Positions 60,731 to 64,000 of a stretch of 64,000 bases of DNA are shown here, one piece after another. Below the pieces are notes generated by a model. That model had not been told where the DNA came from. It did not search any database and was given only the letters and a program-made list of their open reading frames with translations. Position 1 is the first letter of the stretch. Every line of letters starts with the position of its first letter. This DNA is from Synechococcus sp. (GTDB taxonomy: Bacteria; Cyanobacteriota; Cyanobacteriia; PCC-6307; Cyanobiaceae), in the NCBI GenBank assembly GCA_047284725.1, contig JBJBEO010000001.1, positions 352,001 to 416,000 on the forward strand, in the 5' to 3' direction. Both the position numbers and the translations under genes were made by a program.

Positions 60731-61365
60731 TGGGCTCCAGCTGCGCGCTGCTGCTCCAGATAAGCAAACACACTCTTGTCACCGACATCGGCCGCAGCGG
60801 GAATGCCGAATTTGCGCAGGGCGAGCACCACCAGCAGCAGGGCGGCCGAGGTGAGCAATCCAAGGCAGACCCCGGGGTCGAGTAGGCCGCTCAGGCGCCC
60901 AAGCAGGGCGATGGGCAGCAGCAGGGTGAGTCCGATGGCTTCCGGTCGGCGGAAACAGAAGAACTCTTTGAAGCCAATGCCTGCCAGCGCTGCGAACAAG
61001 GGGCCGATGGCGAGAATCCAGAGCGGTTGACCTTGCAGCGTTGCCAGGGCCTGGGATGGACCGCTGAGTACCAACAGCACACCCCATCCCAGGCATCCCA
61101 GCAGCCAGAACAGCTGCAGTGCCCGATGGAGGGGCCTGAGGTAGATGTGAATCCACTGCAGGGCCAAACCCAGGCCGGCGGCCAGGGGCAACAGCCACAA
61201 CCAGGCCCACTCGCTGCCGATCTGCCACCACTGCAGCAGTCCTGCACTAAACGACAGGCCGCTCACCAGCAAGGCAATGCGATACCGCTGCACTTCACGC
61301 CGATCATGCTCCGTGATCGTGTAAGTCCCGTACATGCCCTCGAACTGGGGATCAGCCTTGGTCAT
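60727..61365 (-). CDS. DUF2301 membrane protein
   Basis: IHIYLRPLH, FKEFFCF and DVGDKSVF. Confidence 0.85.
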   Translation of the reverse strand: MTKADPQFEGMYGTYTITEHDRREVQRYRIALLVSGLSFSAGLLQWWQIGSEWAWLWLLPLAAGLGLALQWIHIYLRPLHRALQLFWLLGCLGWGVLLVLSGPSQALATLQGQPLWILAIGPLFAALAGIGFKEFFCFRRPEAIGLTLLLPIALLGRLSGLLDPGVCLGLLTSAALLLVVLALRKFGIPAAADVGDKSVFAYLEQQRAAGAQ

Positions 61366-62351
61366 GGCAATGCCTCAGAACTGTCCACCAGTGTGCACAG
61401 ATCTGGTCCGGCGGGAACAATCCCGCCTGGGTTGAGAGGAAAGAGCGCTCCGTAGTAGTCAGCACGCCAGGCCTCGCCGTCGCAGCTGTCGGCGACCCCT
61501 GGAAGCTTGTAGAAGCGTTGGCGCCAGCTCCACAGTGCAGGGAACATCCAGAGGGGTTTCGCGCTGCAGCCAAACAAGGGGGCGTACACCAGCTCCCAGC
61601 GGATCAGGGTGGGGAACAGGCGCACATCGGCGATGGTGAGCTGCTCACCGCAGAGCCAAGGCCCTTGCCTCTGCAGAGCGGCTTCAACCGCTTCAAGGGC
61701 GGAAAACAAGGCGGTGCTGGCTTCGTTGTACGCCTGCTGGGAGCGTGCGAATCCACAGCGGTAGACGCCGTCGTTCACCGCCGGTTGCACCAGCCGTTGC
61801 CATCGTGCGATGGGTGCCGCCAAGGCAGCGGGGGCAAGGTTGTCTGCTCCGTCTCCCCCCGGCCAGCGGTTGAGCGCTTCGGTGAGGGCGGCGCTGTCGT
61901 TGCCGAGCAGTGTGGCTGCGGTTTCTGTGTCGCGGCCGGGATCGATGAGCGCGGGCACCGTGGCGCGGTGATGGGGTGGTGTGTCGCAATGGCGGTACAG
62001 CGCCAGCAGCGAATCACACCCCAACCAGGAAGGGGTCAAGGACCATCGACCGGCCCGGTGATCCGCTGTGGCCATCAGCAGGGTGAGGGTGCCGTCCAGG
62101 CGTCGCAGCCGATGCATCAGCCAGGTGCGATGGGCCCAGGGGCAGCTGCGCCCGATCACCAGGCGGGGGCGCGTTTCGGATGAACGCCCTTGCAGAGCCT
62201 CCTCGCTGGGAACAACGACCTCGAGTCGATCGCTGGGAGGCCTGACGTAGCGCCCCTCCCGATCGGAGGGACCCAGCCCTTGCATCAGCTGGCGCCATTG
62301 CCAACGCCAGCCCTCACGGGCGGCGGCGACAACCAGAGGGGGGATGGCCAT
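61362..62351 (-). CDS. Glutathione S-transferase, glutathionyl-hydroquinone reductase (YqjG-like)
   Basis: CPWAHR, TVPAL, NDGVYRCGFA and ADVRLFPTLIR. Confidence 0.9.
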   Translation of the reverse strand: MAIPPLVVAAAREGWRWQWRQLMQGLGPSDREGRYVRPPSDRLEVVVPSEEALQGRSSETRPRLVIGRSCPWAHRTWLMHRLRRLDGTLTLLMATADHRAGRWSLTPSWLGCDSLLALYRHCDTPPHHRATVPALIDPGRDTETAATLLGNDSAALTEALNRWPGGDGADNLAPAALAAPIARWQRLVQPAVNDGVYRCGFARSQQAYNEASTALFSALEAVEAALQRQGPWLCGEQLTIADVRLFPTLIRWELVYAPLFGCSAKPLWMFPALWSWRQRFYKLPGVADSCDGEAWRADYYGALFPLNPGGIVPAGPDLCTLVDSSEALP

Positions 62352-62401
62352 AGACCGAGGCGTTCAGCGGTGTCAGTCTGGAGCTGTTCGTCAGATGCTG
62401 G

Positions 62402-63346
62402 ATGGTGAGCCCTCGGGTTTTGGTGGTGGGCGGCACCCACGGCAATGAAATCAACGGGCCCTGGCTGCTGGATCAATGGGACCAGCATCCCCAGCTGATC
62501 GACAGCAGAGGGCTGGACGTGCAAGCCGTGATCGGCAATCCAGCCGCTCGAGCCCAGGGCCGGCGTTACCTCGATCGGGACCTCAACCGCAGTTTCCGCC
62601 CCGACCTTCTGGCGACTGCCTCTGCTCAGGCTGTCGATCCCAAGGTGTCTGGCGTTGATCGGGAGATGGTCAGGGCCTCGACCCTGCTGCGTCAGTACGG
62701 GCCATCTGGTCCGGATGCTTGTTGTGTCGCCCTTGATCTGCACAGCACCACCGCCGCGATGGGCAGCTGTCTGGTGGTGTACGGCCGCCGGCCAGCTGAT
62801 CTGGCCATGGCGGCAGCGGTGCAGCAGCGGCTCGGGCTGCCGGTGTACCTGCATGAAGCGGACGAGGCCCAGCAGGGATTCCTGGTGGAACGGTGGCCTT
62901 GCGGGCTGGCGATTGAGATCGGCCCTGTGCCGCAGATGGTGCTTGAACCGAGCATCGTGGAACGGACGCGTCTGACCCTCAACGCCTGTTTGGCAGTGCT
63001 GGCTGAAGCCCGTGATGGGTGGCGCGTGCCTCCTTCAGAGCTGGTGGTGCATCGCCACCTCGGCAGCATCGATCTGCCCCGCGATGGGGACGGTCGACCC
63101 GATGCCTGTCTTCACCCTGCCCGTCAGGGGCAGGACTGGCAGCCCTTGTGTGCAGGCGACCCGCTGTTTCGGAAGGCCGATGGCACGGTGATTGCCTACA
63201 CCGGGCCCGATGGGCATGTCCCCGTTTTCATCAATGAAGCGGCCTACGGAGAGAAAGGGATTGCTCTCAGCCTGACGGCCAAGGAACGCTGGCCCATCGA
63301 TGCGGCAGGCCCCTCTGCATTGAGGAGCCTGTTGGGATCTGATTAA
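62402..63346 (+). CDS. Aspartoacylase
   Basis: GGTHGNE, DLNRSF, DLHST and FINEAAY. Confidence 0.92.
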   Translation: MVSPRVLVVGGTHGNEINGPWLLDQWDQHPQLIDSRGLDVQAVIGNPAARAQGRRYLDRDLNRSFRPDLLATASAQAVDPKVSGVDREMVRASTLLRQYGPSGPDACCVALDLHSTTAAMGSCLVVYGRRPADLAMAAAVQQRLGLPVYLHEADEAQQGFLVERWPCGLAIEIGPVPQMVLEPSIVERTRLTLNACLAVLAEARDGWRVPPSELVVHRHLGSIDLPRDGDGRPDACLHPARQGQDWQPLCAGDPLFRKADGTVIAYTGPDGHVPVFINEAAYGEKGIALSLTAKERWPIDAAGPSALRSLLGSD

Positions 63347-63723
63347 GGCAGAGTTCGGTTGTAAATCACATCCTTCACGCTTCTGCCATCCGGAGCGATG
63401 AGGATTTCAGTTTCGGTGGTGGCATTGCTGTCGTCATACGGCCATCCCGGTCTGCCTCCCTGGAACCGAAACGTGAAGCCCTCGGTGTTGTTTTGAATCA
63501 GGCAGTCACCACCACCGGTGTCGGTTTCAAACATGCAGGGCTGGGGCCGATAGACCCCAAGTCCTCCGTTTTCAGCAACTGCGGTGGTACGAGCCAGATT
63601 GAGGGCCCGCACCTGAGCAGTCGGAACCTGGGCACTGACCGGAGGTGCTGTGATGGCTGTGAGGCCAACACCAGTGAGGCTGCTGACCGAGGCGATCGCC
63701 ATGAGGGAGCGAATCCAGAGCAT
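63343..63723 (-). CDS. Secreted hypothetical protein
   Basis: Signal peptide; NGGLGVYRPQPCM...FRFQGGRPGW. Start uncertain. Confidence 0.75.
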   Translation of the reverse strand: MLWIRSLMAIASVSSLTGVGLTAITAPPVSAQVPTAQVRALNLARTTAVAENGGLGVYRPQPCMFETDTGGGDCLIQNNTEGFTFRFQGGRPGWPYDDSNATTETEILIAPDGRSVKDVIYNRTLP

Positions 63724-63817
63724 GCTGTTTGCGGGCAGGGCTGTCCTAGTGGTGAACCCGTGTCGCGTAAATGTCAACGAGACGGCTCTGAATCGCGAGC
63801 CCTTCCGTTCTGAGGCA

Positions 63818-64000
63818 TTAGGGCAGGGGCTGGTTGGTGACCGAGCGGATCACCTCTCCATCGGCGGACACTGTCACTGTGGTGACGACGGTTGGTTGGA
63901 CCGGACGGCGTTGCTGCCATCCCGGAGCACCCCCCTGAAACCGAAAGACGTAAGCCGCAGGGCTTGATTCCACAAGACAGTCGGGGGCTCCCGTGCTGTA
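63818..64000 (-). CDS. 3' part of a paralog of the 63343-63723 protein (runs off the window)
   Basis: My translation: YSTGAPDCLVESSPAAYVFRFQGGAPGWQQRRPVQPTVVTTVTVSADGEVIRSVTNQPLP*. Confidence 0.75.
   Translation of the reverse strand, partial: YSTGAPDCLVESSPAAYVFRFQGGAPGWQQRRPVQPTVVTTVTVSADGEVIRSVTNQPLP

Noticed and set aside
1..64000. CRISPR array, cas genes, rRNA genes or an intact transposase
   Set aside because: No regularly spaced repeat-spacer pattern or matching motifs seen by eye; very degenerate short arrays could have been missed.

Overview
This is a GC-rich picocyanobacterial chromosome window, probably Synechococcus-type, judged from the two-piece permuted tmRNA with tag ANNIVRFSRQAAPVAA, CP12 and the gene order. 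Core genes occupy about 1-11.8 kb (accC, tRNA-Leu, msrB, smc, NhaP-type antiporter, THUMP methyltransferase) and about 45-64 kb (LOG, PhoH, SulP, DnaJ-class, hemB, mutS2, sugar ABC ATPase, obgE, CP12, ABC-F, GST, aspartoacylase). Between them is an accessory island of about 33 kb that starts at tmRNA and is visibly more AT-rich in places. It holds: (i) an integrase-led element with an unknown gene pair, a repeat-expanded RmuC, a sacsin-type GHKL ATPase-DUF3883 nuclease split by two homopolymer frameshifts, and a small HTH gene; (ii) rimK, an FMN hydroxy-acid oxidase and an acyl-CoA ligase; (iii) a decayed inverted-orientation integron (intI pseudogene, attI-like site, at least one cassette); (iv) a glutamine-II (Downstream-peptide) riboswitch with its YRG-repeat DUF4278 peptide; (v) several co-oriented DUF1651 copies or relics interleaved with unrelated small genes; and (vi) candidate small RNAs, one of them in two copies. 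Several island genes are broken by single-base indels, mostly in homopolymers. These may be real decay, phase variation or assembly error. All calls come from reading the sequence by eye; no database searches or folding programs were run.
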